A stretch of DNA of 32,000 nucleotides from Xanthomonas campestris pv. campestris str. ATCC 33913. GTDB taxonomy: Bacteria; Pseudomonadota; Gammaproteobacteria; Xanthomonadales; Xanthomonadaceae. The stretch is taken from NCBI RefSeq assembly GCF_000007145.1, contig NC_003902.1:2107436-2139435 (forward strand), given 5' to 3'. The notes below the pieces were generated by a model. It worked only from the letters and a program-made list of their open reading frames with translations. It was not told where the DNA came from and ran no database searches. Of this stretch, positions 11,280-21,056 are shown piece after piece (the stretch's first letter is position 1; every line of letters starts with the position of its first letter). A program made the translations under genes and the position numbers.

Positions 11280-12329
11280 TCACGGACGCTTCGGTTGCGG
11301 CGCTACCGTGGGCTGCGCAGGCTTGGAGGGCGCAGCGTCTTTGGTGTCGGCGGGGGTGTCGCCCTGATCGGCGACCGCGTCATCCGCGGCTTCGGCAATG
11401 ACCGGCGGATACGGATATGCCAGCGCCGGCCCCGGCTGGAACCCGGCACGCCAGCGCGCCAGCACGGCCCCGATATCCTTGCCGACCGACTGCTGCGGCA
11501 ATGACGGCAGCTCGCCGTCCTCCTTTTCGCGTGCAGTGATCGCCACCTTGGCTGCATCGAACGCCGCCACTGGGTCCGCCACCTGGTTCATCGCATCGAT
11601 CAACCAGGCCTGGCCGAAGTAGGTGGCGTTGGAGGTGTTGCCACAGCCGAATGACGGGCGGTCGGCACGTGCCGCGGTGAGCACCAGCGTGGTGGCAGAG
11701 CGCAGCGCGGGAATGAAGCCGCCCGAATAACACGCCGACAGCACAATGACACGGTTGCCGATGCCGGCATCGTCCAGCGCCTTGCGCAGATCCTGCGGGC
11801 TGATGAAATCTTCTTCGTTCTGGTCGACCTGCACATACAGCGTGTGGTCTTCGGTGCCGTGCGTGGTGACGAACAGCAGCAGCGCGTCTTCCTTGCGGTC
11901 CATGCGCTTACCGATCGCCGCGAGCGTGTCGTAGAGATTGTCGTAGGTGGCTAGCGGTGCGTACGGGCGCTCGCCGAGATTGTCCGGGTGATTCACCAGC
12001 GTGATCACGCGGCCACGGGCGTCGAAGCGTTGCTCGAACAGCTGCTTGAGGTAGAGCGTTTCATTGCGGAAGACGTCGTCGCTGGCATCGCCGGCAAAGC
12101 CCACCACATACAGATCGGTGACGCCTGGGCGTTGCGGCGCCAACGTTGTGAGCGCGCTGGTGAGCGTCGCTTGGTCGACCGGATCGACCTGCGCGTCGCT
12201 GGCGTCTTGCTGCGCCGGTAGCGCCGCGCCGGCATCCGGGTGGCAGCCGGCAACCAGGGCCACCAGTGCGGTCAGCAGCAGCAACCGGCGCAACAGGGCA
12301 GGCGGACCGGATCGGGATGACTGCAACAT
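11280..12329 (-). CDS. Peptidase C13 (legumain-like, clan CD) family lipoprotein (349 aa)
   Basis: The ATG at 12329 gives MLQSSRSGPPALLRRLLLLTALVALVAGC, a lipobox LVAGC. Clan CD His/Cys dyad context: LLLFVTTHG and VIVLSACYSGGF. Confidence 0.8.
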   Translation of the reverse strand: MLQSSRSGPPALLRRLLLLTALVALVAGCHPDAGAALPAQQDASDAQVDPVDQATLTSALTTLAPQRPGVTDLYVVGFAGDASDDVFRNETLYLKQLFEQRFDARGRVITLVNHPDNLGERPYAPLATYDNLYDTLAAIGKRMDRKEDALLLFVTTHGTEDHTLYVQVDQNEEDFISPQDLRKALDDAGIGNRVIVLSACYSGGFIPALRSATTLVLTAARADRPSFGCGNTSNATYFGQAWLIDAMNQVADPVAAFDAAKVAITAREKEDGELPSLPQQSVGKDIGAVLARWRAGFQPGPALAYPYPPVIAEAADDAVADQGDTPADTKDAAPSKPAQPTVAPQPKRP

Positions 12330-12640
12330 GGAGGACGCCAGGACCGGAAAGATGCAGATGTAGCGCTTGCGCAGGCGGATAACAAGCCGAGGCGGCTGGC
12401 GTCGTATGTAGCTGATCGGTGATCCAACGCGAAGGGGCCGCACACTGGCGTTGCGGTAGGCGGGCGTCATGCTGGCTTGCATGAGCGGCCGTGTTGTCGA
12501 CTCAACTTACCGAGCCGCCAAGGGCGCCTGCAGCTGCGCTCTGCAGTCAATACAAGCCAGCAATCTGCTGTGGACACGCTCGCCGTGATCAACAGGCGCA
12601 CCGTCACCCCAGCTTCCGCACACTCACGGTGCCGCCCACG

Positions 12641-12677
12641 CCAACAAAACCGCGCCATCAACCGAAGCGATGGCGCG
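12641..12677 (-). terminator. Rho-independent terminator downstream of mtnC
   Basis: The minus strand reads CGCGCCATC-gcttcggtt-GATGGCGCG followed by GTTTTGTTGG. It begins 8 nt after the mtnC stop. Confidence 0.7.
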
Positions 12678-12684
12678 TGGCCAG

Positions 12685-13952
<1,268 letters not shown>

Positions 13953-13985
13953 GGCGGTCTGGCTCACACGTGGGGCGGGGAGGGC

Positions 13986-14639
13986 TTAGCGCGGACTGCG
14001 CAGCTTGAGCAGCTCGAGTTCGCAATGCAGCAGGAATTCGAATGCCTCCAGATGACGGCGTGCCTCGGCCATGTTGCGGCCCCAGGCATACAGGCCGTGT
14101 CCTTCGATGAGATACCCCCACATGCTCTGTTTGTCCAGCAAGGCCTCGACCTGCGCGGCCAGCACCTGCATGTCCTGGGTGTTGGCGAACACCGGCACAT
14201 CCACCGCGGTTTCGTGGGTGGTATTTCCCTCGAAGGCCTTGAGCAGTTCATAGCCTTCCAGGCGGATCACGCCGCTGCCTGCATACAGGCGGGAGGCAAT
14301 CGTCTGCACCGGCGAATGCGTGTGCAACACGCAGCCAATCTCCGGGAACCGGCGATACAGCTGGGTGTGCAACAGGGTTTCGGCAGACGGGCGCAACGGG
14401 CGGCCCACGGGCTGGCCATCGAAGTCCACCACCATGATGTCTTCTTCGACCAGGCGGCCCTTGTCGCGTCCGGAGACGGTGATGGCCGCGTGCTGCTCGT
14501 CCAGGCGATGGGAAAAATTACTGCTGGTGGCAGGCGTCCAGCCGGCCTGGGCCAGCTCACGGATATTGCCGATCAACAGCTGCGCCAGCTCGTGCAAACG
14601 GGCGGCGCTATAGGGCAGGGGGGCAGTGGTCGCATTCAT
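13986..14639 (-). CDS. mtnB: Methylthioribulose-1-phosphate dehydratase (class II aldolase/adducin fold) (217 aa)
   Basis: [14 protein letters not shown]...ITVSGRDKG..., [21 protein letters not shown]. First gene of the mtnBDC cluster. Confidence 0.9.
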   Translation of the reverse strand: MNATTAPLPYSAARLHELAQLLIGNIRELAQAGWTPATSSNFSHRLDEQHAAITVSGRDKGRLVEEDIMVVDFDGQPVGRPLRPSAETLLHTQLYRRFPEIGCVLHTHSPVQTIASRLYAGSGVIRLEGYELLKAFEGNTTHETAVDVPVFANTQDMQVLAAQVEALLDKQSMWGYLIEGHGLYAWGRNMAEARRHLEAFEFLLHCELELLKLRSPR

Positions 14640-14848
14640 GCGCCTATTCTACTGCCCCACCGGATTACGGTCAGGTGCAGCGCAGCAGGGGCTGTTCCTG
14701 CCGCGCTCGGATCGCGAATGGCTGACGGAATGTAACGAGCGTGCGTCTGGCAGTGAGCGCAGTGGTTTTGTTCGTTGTCTCTTTTTGGGTTCAGTCAGAA
14801 GCCCGTGTCAAACGCTGAGTGGGTCGGGCGCGCGGTGCCCTCACCGCT

Positions 14849-14934
14849 CGCGGGACACGCCGTGAACCCGTCCCTGGGGGCTCGGTGGCCGCATCCATGC
14901 CGCCACACGGTCCCGCAAGCGGCGAGGACACCGC
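14849..14934. repeat. REP-like intergenic repeat, copy A (core near-palindrome gccgcatccatgccgcc)
   Basis: Its reverse complement aligns ungapped by eye at roughly 60% identity over ~70 nt to copy B (15081-15151), including the core GGCGGCATGGATGC. Confidence 0.4.
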
Positions 14935-15080
14935 ACCAGACGGTTGGTCGGTGGCCGCATGAACAGCCGCTTGTCGCACCTGTGTCGGATGTCGAACCAG
15001 CACCAGCATCAAAAAACGTGCATCACGTAGGGCGCTTTGCTATGCACGTCGACCATCTCGACCGGTCCTTGCCCGCACAG

Positions 15081-15151
15081 CACCGCGGGAAATGACGCGG
15101 CATGGATGCCGCGTAAGAGCCGACGGGGACATCCTCGCGAAGTGTCCTGCG
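15081..15151. repeat. REP-like intergenic repeat, copy B (inverted relative to copy A)
   Basis: The core GCGGCAT-GG-ATGCCGC (15097-15112) is a 7-bp palindrome. The flanks gcggga...gtgtcctgcg mirror copy A. Confidence 0.4.
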
Positions 15152-15306
15152 ATGGTGGGCGGGCCAGGGTCCTTGCAGCAACGCCGCAGATCAGAGCCTT
15201 GGAGGCCAAGCCACAAATCAGCCGCCCTGCAACGAAGGCTCAGATCGCCCGCTCCCCTAGGGGGCGCGCAGCCGTTTTGTCAGTCCCTGCTGGCCCGCGC
15301 GCGTGC

Positions 15307-16737
15307 TCAGCGGCCCTCGCGCAGGCGGCTGTGGCGATAGCCGTAGCCGAAATAGACCACCAGCCCGACCAGGGTCCATAGCCCCATCAGCATCCAGTTG
15401 TGCAGCGTCATCGCCGACAGCAAGGCCAGGCAGCTGAGCACACCGGCGCTGCAGATCAGCCACGCGGCCGGCATGCGGAACGGACGCGGCAGTTCCGGAT
15501 GGGTGCGGCGCAGGATCAGCACGCCCGCACACACGGCGGCGAAGGCGATCAGCGTGCCCATCGAGGTCAGCTCGCCCAGCACATCCAGCGGGAAGACGGC
15601 CGCAAGCAGAGCGATGCCGATGCCGGTAATCACCGTGTTGATGTGCGGCGTGCGGTACTTGGGATGGATGCGCGTGAACACCGCCGGCAGCAGGCCATCG
15701 CGCGCAATGATCATGAAGATGCGCGGCTGCCCGATGATCATCACCAGCACCACCGACGACAGCCCGATCAGCGCACCCACTTCCACCACCACGCGCAACC
15801 AGGCCAGCTGCGGATGCGCGGCCACTGCGGTCACTACCGGCTCATCGGTGCCCAGCTGGGTGAACGGCACCAGGCCGGTCATCACCGCGGCCATGGCGAT
15901 GTAGAGCACGGTGCAGATCACCAGCGACAGCATCATGCCGATCGGCAGATCGCGTTGCGGACGGTGCGATTCCTGCGCCGCCACCGACACCGCCTCGAAG
16001 CCGATGTAGGCGAAGAACACCATCGCCGCGCCACGCAGCACACCTTCCATGCCGTACTTGCCCGGTGCTTCGTTGGCGGGGATGAAGGGATGCCAGTTGG
16101 CCGGGTCCACGTACTTCCAGCCCGCCGCAATGACCAGGATGATCAGCCCGGTTTTGAGGATCACCATCGCCATGTTCATCGCCGACGACTTGCGGATGCC
16201 GACATAGCACAGCCAGGTCAGCAACAACACGATGCCGGCGGCGGGCAGGTTGGCGATCGCGCCGGTGCGCTGCAGCTTGCCGTCCAGCGGTGCGCTGACC
16301 AGGGCGGCCGGCAAATGGATGCCGAAGTGTTCCAGCAGACTGAGGAAATATCCGGTCCAGCTGACCGCGACCGCCGAGGCAGAGACGCCGTATTCCAGCA
16401 CCAGCATCCAGCCGATGAACCAGGCCGCCAGCTCGCCGAAGGTGGCGTAGGTATAGGTGTAGGCGCTGCCGGAGACTGGCACCATCGCCGCAAATTCGGC
16501 GTAGGCCATGGCGCAGAACGCGCAGCAGATCGCCGCGAGCACGAACGACAGCACGATCGCCGGGCCGGCATGGTCGGCCGCGGCCTGGCCGGTGATCACG
16601 AAGATGCCGCCGCCGATCACCGCGCCGATGCCCAGGGCGGTCAGCCCCCAGGGACCGAGCGCGCGTTGCAGGCCCAGCCCGTCGGCCGCCTCATGGCTGG
16701 CGTGCGGGTGTTTGGTGGCCCAAAGTTGTTTGAACAT
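15307..16737 (-). CDS. APC-superfamily amino acid permease (cationic amino acid transporter-like) (476 aa)
   Basis: About 12 predicted TM segments. Motifs: GIGAVIGGGIFVITGQAA, AEFAAMVPVSGSAYTYTYATFGE, FFAYIGFEAVSVAAQE. Confidence 0.9.
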   Translation of the reverse strand: MFKQLWATKHPHASHEAADGLGLQRALGPWGLTALGIGAVIGGGIFVITGQAAADHAGPAIVLSFVLAAICCAFCAMAYAEFAAMVPVSGSAYTYTYATFGELAAWFIGWMLVLEYGVSASAVAVSWTGYFLSLLEHFGIHLPAALVSAPLDGKLQRTGAIANLPAAGIVLLLTWLCYVGIRKSSAMNMAMVILKTGLIILVIAAGWKYVDPANWHPFIPANEAPGKYGMEGVLRGAAMVFFAYIGFEAVSVAAQESHRPQRDLPIGMMLSLVICTVLYIAMAAVMTGLVPFTQLGTDEPVVTAVAAHPQLAWLRVVVEVGALIGLSSVVLVMIIGQPRIFMIIARDGLLPAVFTRIHPKYRTPHINTVITGIGIALLAAVFPLDVLGELTSMGTLIAFAAVCAGVLILRRTHPELPRPFRMPAAWLICSAGVLSCLALLSAMTLHNWMLMGLWTLVGLVVYFGYGYRHSRLREGR

Positions 16738-16779
16738 GGAGCGGTTCCGGCTTGGCGCTGCGCGCGATCGTTGAACGAG

Positions 16780-16803
16780 AAGACCGGCGCGAACGCCGGT
16801 CTT
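16780..16803 (-). terminator. Stem-loop terminator between the two permease genes
   Basis: AAGACCGGCG-cgaa-CGCCGGTCTT, a 10-bp perfect stem beginning 7 nt after the stop of the upstream (16811-18283) gene. The minus strand continues CTCGTTCAA. Confidence 0.6.
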
Positions 16804-16810
16804 GAAAGGG

Positions 16811-18283
16811 TCAGGCCTTGCGAGCCAGACGGCTATGGTGGATGCCGTAGCCGAAATAGATGACCAGGCCGATCACGGTCCAGCCCACGAACACCTTCCA
16901 GTGTTCCTGGAAGGCCTGGAAGAACAGGGCCAGGCACGCAAGCGTACCCAACGGACAAACTATCATTGCCAGCGGTACACGGAACGGACGCTCCAGCTCG
17001 GGCTTGGTGAAACGCAGCACCATTACGCCGGCGCACACGGTGGCGAAGGCGAGCAGGGTGCCCATCGACACCAGTTCACCCAGCACGCTGAGCGGGATCA
17101 ACCCCGCCAGTGATGCGGCGACCACCCCCACGATCACGGTGCCGACATATGGCGTGTGGAATTTCGGGTGCACCTTGCCGAACAGTTTGGGCATCAACCC
17201 ATCCTTGGCCATGGTGTAGAAGATGCGCGGCTGTGCCATCAGCATCACCAGCACCACCGAGGACAGGCCGGCGATCGCGCCGATCTCCACCGCAGTCTTG
17301 AGCCAAGTCAGTTGCGGGTGCGCTTCCAGCGCAGTGGCCACCGGCTTGGCAGTGCCAAGCTGGGTATATGGCATCAAACCTGTCAGCACTGCACACACGA
17401 TGATGTAGATGATGGTGCACACCGCCAGCGAGCCGAGGATGCCGATCGGCATGTTGCGTTGCGGGTCCTTGGTTTCTCCAGCCGAGGTCGATACCGCATC
17501 GAAGCCAATGTAGGCAAAGAACACGATCGAGGCAGCGCGGAATACGCCGCTCCAGCCAAATACGCCTGGGGCGGTATTTTCGGGAATGAAAGGATGCCAG
17601 TTGGCCGGGTCGATATATGCCGCGCCGAAGCCAACAAACAGACAGATCACTGCGATCTTGATCGCCACGACAATTGCGTTGATGAAGGCCGACTGGGTAA
17701 TGCCGACATAGCACAACCCACTCACCGCAGCCACGATGAGCACGGCAGGCAGGTTGAGGATGTTGCCAGACGCCACGAATTCGCCATTGATCCAGGCAAG
17801 CGGGGCGTTGGTCAGCTCTGTGGGGAACGGAAGACCCAGCGTGCCGGTGATGAAGCTGATCAGATAGGCAGACCACGCCACCGCGACGCTTGACCCTGCG
17901 AACAGATATTCCAGCACCAGGCACCAGCCAATGAACCAGGCGATGCCTTCTCCAAGCGTCGCGTAGGAATACGAGTAAGCACTTCCGGAGACCGGCATCA
18001 TTGCCGCGAACTCGGCGTAACACAGGCCGGCAAACGTGCAGGCGATACCCGCGAAGACAAACGACAGCATCACCGCTGGCCCAGCATGGTTGGCAGCCGC
18101 CTGGCCGGTCATCACAAAGATGCCTGCGCCGATCACCGCGCCGATGCCGAGCATGATCAGGTGCTTGGCGGTGAGGGTCCGTTGCAGCGTCGCTTCGCCC
18201 TGCAGGCTGCCTTCGACCGGTTCGCCCGCATCCACACGTCCGGCGGGCTCGATCGGTTTGACCCTCAACAGAGACTTCAGCAT
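16811..18283 (-). CDS. APC-superfamily amino acid permease, paralog of the adjacent gene (490 aa)
   Basis: GIGAVIGAGIFVMTGQAA, AEFAAMMPVSGSAYSYSYATLGE, FFAYIGFDAVSTSAGE. I chose the ATG at 18283 (MLKSLLRVKP), which has AGGA 8 nt upstream. The ATG at 18292 and the ORF-track start at 18343 are alternatives. Confidence 0.88.
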   Translation of the reverse strand: MLKSLLRVKPIEPAGRVDAGEPVEGSLQGEATLQRTLTAKHLIMLGIGAVIGAGIFVMTGQAAANHAGPAVMLSFVFAGIACTFAGLCYAEFAAMMPVSGSAYSYSYATLGEGIAWFIGWCLVLEYLFAGSSVAVAWSAYLISFITGTLGLPFPTELTNAPLAWINGEFVASGNILNLPAVLIVAAVSGLCYVGITQSAFINAIVVAIKIAVICLFVGFGAAYIDPANWHPFIPENTAPGVFGWSGVFRAASIVFFAYIGFDAVSTSAGETKDPQRNMPIGILGSLAVCTIIYIIVCAVLTGLMPYTQLGTAKPVATALEAHPQLTWLKTAVEIGAIAGLSSVVLVMLMAQPRIFYTMAKDGLMPKLFGKVHPKFHTPYVGTVIVGVVAASLAGLIPLSVLGELVSMGTLLAFATVCAGVMVLRFTKPELERPFRVPLAMIVCPLGTLACLALFFQAFQEHWKVFVGWTVIGLVIYFGYGIHHSRLARKA

Positions 18284-18456
18284 TCGGTACATCCTAAGTG
18301 GCAGAACGAAGGCGCGCGCGCCTGGGCGAAGTGTGCGCCGCATCCCGATGGGACAGGCAAGCGGCCTACCTTGCCAAAGCTACACGCTCACGACAAGCGC
18401 GTACGCAGCATGAATGGCGATAATGGTCGCTGGTCCATGACAACCGGGAACAATAG

Positions 18457-19008
18457 ATGGTGGATGCACCCCTGCGGCAGCAACTGACGGTCTACCGCGC
18501 CCGCTGGCCGAACGAGTCCGAGGTGGCCGACCAGTTCGAGCAACTCCTGGACGATGCCACCGATCCGTTCGTGCGCGAGCGTGTCGAAGGTCACTTCACC
18601 GGCTCGGCGTGGGTGGTCGGTGCCGATGGCACCCGCACGCTGCTGACCCATCACCGCAAGCTGCAGCGCTGGCTGCAGCTGGGCGGCCACGCCGATGGTG
18701 ACCGCGATCTGGCTCAGGTGGCACTGCGCGAGGCGCAGGAGGAATCCGGCCTCACCGGGCTGACCCTGGCCGACGGCCTGCTGTTCGACCTGGATCGGCA
18801 CTGGATCCCGGCCCGTGGCGAGGTGGCCGGCCACTGGCATTACGACGCCCGCTACGTGGTGGTCGCCGGCGCCGACGAGACCTTCCAGGTCAGCGAAGAA
18901 TCGCTCGCTTTGGCGTGGCGCCCGATCGCCGAGCTGCTGGCCGACCCGGAGCTGGATCCGTCGATGCGGCGCATGGCCGAGAAGTGGATGGTGCACGGCG
19001 GCAGCTGA
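18457..19008 (+). CDS. NUDIX hydrolase (183 aa)
   Basis: Nudix box GGHADGDRDLAQVALREAQEESGL (GX5EX7REUXEEXGU). Confidence 0.85.
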   Translation: MVDAPLRQQLTVYRARWPNESEVADQFEQLLDDATDPFVRERVEGHFTGSAWVVGADGTRTLLTHHRKLQRWLQLGGHADGDRDLAQVALREAQEESGLTGLTLADGLLFDLDRHWIPARGEVAGHWHYDARYVVVAGADETFQVSEESLALAWRPIAELLADPELDPSMRRMAEKWMVHGGS

Positions 19009-19114
19009 TGCGCCGGCGACGGGCGTTGCCGGGCCGGCTTGCGCGGGCGCCGAGCGTCCGTTGGCTGGGCGGGCATGGCGGGATTGGGTACCCTTGGGCG
19101 CCCGTTGCCTGTCC

Positions 19115-19396
19115 ATGCCCATGTCCCGCACCGCTGCTTCGTTCACTTACCGCTTGGCGTTCCGCCCGGTCGACGACCGGATGGACTCGGCCGAACTGGC
19201 GCGTACCGTGCAACGGGCGCTGCTGGCGTTGAGCGGGCCGCCGCATGGCGTGGCGATCGTCAGCCTGCAGCGCCCGCCGCGCGAGGATGGCGACGGCCTG
19301 TACATGGAGGCGGTCACCACCGGCCCGGAGCGGTGGTATTTGAAGGCCGACGACTATCTGTTGAGCGAGGGCTTGCGCGGCGAGTTGCAGCCCTGA
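19115..19396 (+). CDS. Hypothetical small protein (93 aa)
   Basis: An ATG-initiated ORF (MPMSRTAASFTYRLAF...WYLKADDYLLSEGLRGELQP) with strong GC3 bias in this frame. No family recognised. The start could be 19121. Confidence 0.5.
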   Translation: MPMSRTAASFTYRLAFRPVDDRMDSAELARTVQRALLALSGPPHGVAIVSLQRPPREDGDGLYMEAVTTGPERWYLKADDYLLSEGLRGELQP

Positions 19397-19607
19397 GGGG
19401 CTGGGATTCGGGATTCGGGATTCGGGATTGGGGATTGGGGATTCGCAAGCGCGTACGTCGCGTGATCCGCTCTTGCGCGCTTGTTTTGGCGGTGTGCGCA
19501 TTCGCTTTTGCGCCACCGCAATCGATCCAAGCCAGATACCTGTCAGAGAAAGGGCTCGCCAGCGCCGCCACTCTTCCCGATCCCAAATTCCGAATCCCTA
19601 ATCCCCG
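19397..19607. repeat. Composite intergenic element: a G-rich heptamer array (GGGATTC/GGGGATT, about 6 units) and its inverted C-rich partner, flanking a ~140-bp core
   Basis: Left arm, 19403-19445: GGGATTC x3, GGGATTG, GGGGATT, GGGGATTC. The right arm at 19590-19606, CCGAATCCCTAATCCCC, is the reverse complement of GGGGATTAGGGATTCGG. The element fills the whole gap between the stop at 19396 and the serA stop at 19608. Confidence 0.85.
19446..19487 (+). terminator. Possible intrinsic terminator inside the heptamer element
   Basis: CAAGCGCG (19446-19453) ... CGCGCTTG (19476-19483) followed by TTTT. The loop is long (22 nt). Confidence 0.4.
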
Positions 19608-20849
19608 TCAGTAGAGAACCCGCGTCCGCAAGGTGCCGGTGATCTGACCCAGCTCGTCCTTCAACACGCCCGCCAGCTCCTCGCTGGCGCTGACGTCGAT
19701 CACCACATAGCCCACCTTGGGGTCGGTGCGCAAAAACTGACCATCGATGTTGAGGTTGTGGCGCGAGAACAGTTCGTTGATCTGCGACAGCACGCCCGGC
19801 ACGTTGCGGTGGATGTGCAGCAGCCGCAGGCTGTCGGGGTGCTCGGGCAGGGTGACTTCAGGGAAGTTCACCGCCGACAAGGTGCTGCCGTTGTCGCTGT
19901 AGCGCACCAGTTTGGCGGCTACTTCCACGCCGATATTGTCCTGTGCTTCCAGCGTGCTGCCGCCCACGTGCGGGGTCAGGATGACGTTGTCGTGCGCAAT
20001 CAACGGGGACTCGAACGCATCGCCATTGCCCTTGGGCTCGATCGGGAACACGTCCACGGCCGCGCCGCCGATCTGGCCGGAGGTGAGCGCCGCATCCAGT
20101 GCATCGATGTCGATGACGGTGCCGCGCGAGGCATTGATCAGATGCGCGCCGGGCTTCATGCGGGCGATTTCTGCCGCGCCGATCATGTCCTTGGTGGACG
20201 GGGTCTCCGGCACGTGCAGGGTCACCACGTCCGAGCGCGCCAGCAGGTCGTCCAGGTCGATCGCCGCGCGCGCGTTGCCCAGCGACAGCTTGGTTTCGAT
20301 GTCGTGGAAAATCACCTGCATGCCTAGCGATTCGGCCAGCACGCCAACCTGGGTGCCGATGTGCCCGTAACCAACGATGCCGAGCACCTTGCCGCGCGTT
20401 TCGTGGCTGCCGGCGGCCGACTTGGACCAGCCGCCGCGGTGGCATTGCGCATTTTTCTGCGGGATGCCGCGCAACAGCAGGATGGCCTCGGCGATGACCA
20501 GTTCGGCCACGCTGCGGGTGTTGGAGTAGGGCGCGTTGAACACCGGAATGCCGGCCAGTTCCGCCGCCTCTAGGTCGACCTGATTGGTCCCGATGCAGAA
20601 GCAGCCCACCGCGATCAGCCGCTTGGCGTGCGCCAGCACATCGGCGCTCAAATGGGTGCGCGAGCGAATGCCGACGATGTGCGCCTCGGCGATGCGCGCC
20701 TTGAGTTCGTCCTCGGGCAGGGACTTGGCGTGCAGCTCGATCTGCGAGTAACCGGCGGCGCGGAACACGTCCACGGCGGTCTGGCTGATGCCTTCCAGCA
20801 ACAGGACGCGGATGTCCTGCTTGGGAAACGAGGTTTTCTTCGGCGACAT
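19608..20849 (-). CDS. serA: D-3-phosphoglycerate dehydrogenase with a C-terminal ACT domain (413 aa)
   Basis: IRVLLLEGI..., GIVGYGHIGTQVG (NAD-binding motif), HVPETPST, INASRG, TPHVGGST. The C-terminal LLHIHRNVPGVLSQIN region is ACT-like. Confidence 0.93.
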   Translation of the reverse strand: MSPKKTSFPKQDIRVLLLEGISQTAVDVFRAAGYSQIELHAKSLPEDELKARIAEAHIVGIRSRTHLSADVLAHAKRLIAVGCFCIGTNQVDLEAAELAGIPVFNAPYSNTRSVAELVIAEAILLLRGIPQKNAQCHRGGWSKSAAGSHETRGKVLGIVGYGHIGTQVGVLAESLGMQVIFHDIETKLSLGNARAAIDLDDLLARSDVVTLHVPETPSTKDMIGAAEIARMKPGAHLINASRGTVIDIDALDAALTSGQIGGAAVDVFPIEPKGNGDAFESPLIAHDNVILTPHVGGSTLEAQDNIGVEVAAKLVRYSDNGSTLSAVNFPEVTLPEHPDSLRLLHIHRNVPGVLSQINELFSRHNLNIDGQFLRTDPKVGYVVIDVSASEELAGVLKDELGQITGTLRTRVLY

Positions 20850-21056
20850 GGTGGACGCACTGCAGCAATCGGGCCGGCCACTATGCCAGATGGGGTGGGC
20901 GATTTGGCACCCGCAGTGCCTGCGGTGTGACGCCGCAGCCCTTGTGCCGCAACGGTTTCAGCTGAATCCAACGCTGCGCGTACGCAGGTTGACGCGGCTG
21001 GACGGGGCCGGCGCAGGCTGGCACGCTGTGCGGTTCCTACCGCCGCGCTGCGTGCC

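Noticed and set aside
14985-15000. The minus-strand GGTTCGACATCC, which resembles a tRNA T-loop (GGTTCGAATCC).
   Set aside because: The flanking bases cannot form a T-stem, and no acceptor, D or anticodon arms can be drawn. It is not a tRNA or a tRNA fragment with att-site context.
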